From Saprospirales bacterium (lineage in GTDB: Bacteria; Bacteroidota; Bacteroidia; Chitinophagales; JADJOU01), in contig CANESS010000001.1 of NCBI GenBank assembly GCA_947441115.1, positions 1 to 49,465 of the forward strand: a stretch of DNA of 49,465 nt. The letters run 5' to 3'. Below the pieces are notes generated by a model. The model made no database searches. It saw only the letters and a list, made by a program, of their open reading frames with translations, and was not told the DNA's origin. Position 1 is the stretch's first letter. Each line of letters starts with the position of its first letter. This document shows positions 47,354 to 49,465 of this stretch, piece by piece. Both the position numbers and the translations under genes were made by a program.

Positions 47354-49198
47354 TTATTCTACCGTGACACTTTTAGCTAGATTCCTAGGTTGATCTACGT
47401 TACAGCCTCTTTCTAGTGCTATATAATAGGATAGTAATTGAAGTGGAATAGATGCCAGAATAGGACTTAGACAATCTTCTGTATCAGGTACTTCAATAAC
47501 ATGTTTTGCTAATTTTTTAATTTGAGTATCTCCATGTCGAGCTATAGCAATGACCTGTCCCTTTCTAGCCGCGACTTCTTGCACATTACTAAGGGTCTTT
47601 TCATGGCTGCTTATGTTATTCACGAGAAATACTACAGGCATTTCTTCATCTATAAGTGCAATAGGGCCATGCTTCATTTCTGCTGCAGGATAGCCTTCTG
47701 CATGTATGTAGGAGATTTCTTTTAACTTGAGTGCACCTTCTAAGGCTGCCGGGAAGTTATACCCTCTACCTAAGTATAGAAAATTAGTAGCATCTTTATA
47801 CTCTTTAGCTATAGCTTTTACCTTCTCTTCACAAGATTTGAGGAGTGATTCTATTTTTGATGGTAAAATTTCAAGTTCATGAAGCAATTGGTTCAGTCGA
47901 GATTTAGATAAGGTATTTTTATTTTCAGCTATCCAAAGTGCAATGAGGAAAAATACAGAAACCTGGGCGGTAAAAGCTTTAGTACTTGCTACGCCTATTT
48001 CAGGTCCAGCATGAGTATAGCATCCAGCATGAGAAGCCCTAGGAATAGAAGAACCTACCACATTGCAAACCCCTAGAATCAAGCAGCCTTTCTGTTTAGC
48101 CATTTCGATGGCAGCTAGGGTGTCAGCTGTCTCCCCCGACTGCGATATAGCTATAATAATATCGTCTTCGTCTATGACTGGATTTCTATATCTAAATTCC
48201 GAGGCATACTCTACTTCTACATTAGCTCTAGCTAGATCTTCTATCATATATTCAGCTAAAAGACCAGCATGCCAAGAGGTTCCACAAGCCACAATTACGA
48301 TTCTTCTAGACGCCATGATTCGATTTTTGTACTCTTCCAGACCGCCTAATTTTATTTTACCATTTGTTAAATCTACCCTTCCGCGCACACTGTCATAAAT
48401 GCTCTTAGGTTGTTCATGGATTTCCTTGAGCATAAAATGATCGTAGCCACCTTTTTCAATAGATTCTAAGTTGAGTTCTAATTCTTGAATATTAGGTGTT
48501 TTTTCTTCGTTTTGGATAGTTTTCAATTCAAAGTTGCCATCTCTATTTAATGTTACCATTTCTTCATCATTAATATAAATGACTTTCTTGGTGTATTCTA
48601 TGACAGGCGAGGCATCAGAAGCTAGAAAAAATTCAGTTTCTCCTATACCTACTATCAGTGGGCTTCCTTTTCTAGCACCAATCAGTATATTGGGTTCTTT
48701 TTTTGAAAATACAGCTATAGCATAAGCTCCAGTCACTTCATTTAATGCTAAGCGAACAGCTTTATCTAGCGCACATTTTTCCTTTTTTTGAATTTCTTCA
48801 ATCAGATGGGGAAGGACTTCTGTATCCGTATCGGATATAAATTTGTAGCCTCTTCTTGTTAGCTCTTCTTTGATGGATTGAAAATTTTCTATAATACCAT
48901 TATGAATGACTACTATATCCCCATTATTACTTATGTGAGGATGAGAATTTATTTGACTCGGGGGTCCATGTGTGGCCCAACGAGTATGCCCAATGCCGAG
49001 TGTCCCGGTTATACTAGCTTTTGTAGCTAATTCTTCTAACTCAGATACTTTTCCTTTTTGCTTTATTAGGGAGATATTCCCATTATTCATAAGTGCTACA
49101 CCTGCACTGTCATAGCCTCTGTATTCTAGTCTTTTTAATCCTTTTATGAGAATGGGATAGGCTTCTTTGGTTCCTATATAGGCTACAATTCCACACAT
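47354..49198 (-). CDS. glmS: Glutamine--fructose-6-phosphate aminotransferase (isomerising)
   Basis: 614 aa. Ntn nucleophile MCGIVAYIG, two SIS domains, and the C-terminal DQPRNLAKSVTVE. Confidence 0.96.
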   Translation of the reverse strand: MCGIVAYIGTKEAYPILIKGLKRLEYRGYDSAGVALMNNGNISLIKQKGKVSELEELATKASITGTLGIGHTRWATHGPPSQINSHPHISNNGDIVVIHNGIIENFQSIKEELTRRGYKFISDTDTEVLPHLIEEIQKKEKCALDKAVRLALNEVTGAYAIAVFSKKEPNILIGARKGSPLIVGIGETEFFLASDASPVIEYTKKVIYINDEEMVTLNRDGNFELKTIQNEEKTPNIQELELNLESIEKGGYDHFMLKEIHEQPKSIYDSVRGRVDLTNGKIKLGGLEEYKNRIMASRRIVIVACGTSWHAGLLAEYMIEDLARANVEVEYASEFRYRNPVIDEDDIIIAISQSGETADTLAAIEMAKQKGCLILGVCNVVGSSIPRASHAGCYTHAGPEIGVASTKAFTAQVSVFFLIALWIAENKNTLSKSRLNQLLHELEILPSKIESLLKSCEEKVKAIAKEYKDATNFLYLGRGYNFPAALEGALKLKEISYIHAEGYPAAEMKHGPIALIDEEMPVVFLVNNISSHEKTLSNVQEVAARKGQVIAIARHGDTQIKKLAKHVIEVPDTEDCLSPILASIPLQLLSYYIALERGCNVDQPRNLAKSVTVE

Positions 49199-49210
49199 AG
49201 TTTTAAAATA

Positions 49211-49465
49211 TTAAAGATCAGTATAATATAATTTTAATTTGGGTTTAGCAGCATTTCCTGTGCCGCCAATAACTACACTCGAAGGTAGAAAATCTGAAAA
49301 TTTGGTCAAAGAATTGGAAATCAGTAATGGTGCTGAATAAATTCTCAACTTTCTGGTTGTATTTATATTGGTTCCCATTCTATTGATATACATTGCTATA
49401 TTATACTTATATTCCTTACAGGGGTTGCCTCCTATTGAGGTGTCTTTGATAGAAATTAGAAAGCC
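49211..49465 (-). CDS. 3' end of a CDS that runs off the window (hypothetical protein, partial)
   Basis: The minus-strand frame of the 60-aa track ORF stays open up to the window edge (GFLISIKDTSIGGNPCKEYKYNIA precedes the listed Met). The listed Met is therefore probably internal. No family recognised. Confidence 0.5.
   Translation of the reverse strand, partial: GFLISIKDTSIGGNPCKEYKYNIAMYINRMGTNINTTRKLRIYSAPLLISNSLTKFSDFLPSSVVIGGTGNAAKPKLKLYYTDL

Noticed and set aside
49211-49393. The 60-aa ORF treated as a complete small gene upstream of glmS.
   Set aside because: The frame remains open to the window edge (24 further codons with no stop). It is more likely the C-terminal end of a longer gene truncated by the window.
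1-49465. A search by eye for CRISPR arrays, tRNA/rRNA genes, riboswitches, and defence or toxin-antitoxin modules.
   Set aside because: I found no regularly spaced repeats, no cloverleaf-like GC-rich segments in the intergenic regions, and no nuclease, helicase, methylase-restriction or small paired toxin-antitoxin ORFs. A computational scan (tRNAscan-SE, Infernal/Rfam, CRISPR finders, DefenseFinder/PADLOC) is still needed to exclude them formally.

Overview
This 49.5-kb window looks like a chromosomal segment of a low-GC Bacteroidota genome. Supporting signs are a T9SS-type C-terminal sorting tail on a secreted protease, TAnnTTTG -7 promoter boxes, and an XerC/D-hpf pairing I recall as common in the phylum. 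Gene calls rest on conserved motifs read from the ORF translations, not on any database search. About 45 protein-coding genes are packed tightly on both strands. I recognised no rRNA, tRNA, CRISPR array, transposase, phage gene or defence/toxin module by eye. Most of the window is housekeeping: trmD/rimM, xerC/D-type recombinase plus hpf, folK, sppA, ftsK, kynU, lepA, frr, topA, glmM, a class A PBP and glmS. Two things stand out. (1) A fused isobutyryl-CoA mutase (IcmF-type) seems to be encoded as two separate halves 10.6 kb apart: the B12 domain plus G-protein chaperone at 41..1312, and the linker plus catalytic barrel at 11913..14084. (2) A visibly AT-rich glycan-tailoring island at about 27.0-34.1 kb, extendable to the genes at 26.0-36.6 kb, holds three unrelated methyltransferase families, an O-acetyltransferase, an SDR epimerase, GT2, GT4 and GT-A-like transferases, a lone HddA-like kinase and a YfhO-type membrane protein. 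It has no Wzx/Wzy/Wzz, priming transferase or nucleotidyltransferase. This island is my best candidate for an undescribed system, and its product cannot be deduced from sequence. Smaller observations are a lysine-rich micro-ORF where rplS would be expected, a frameshifted pseudogene after hpf, a repeat-bearing ftsK 3' region ending in a clean hairpin terminator, and an orphan CoA-transferase B subunit.
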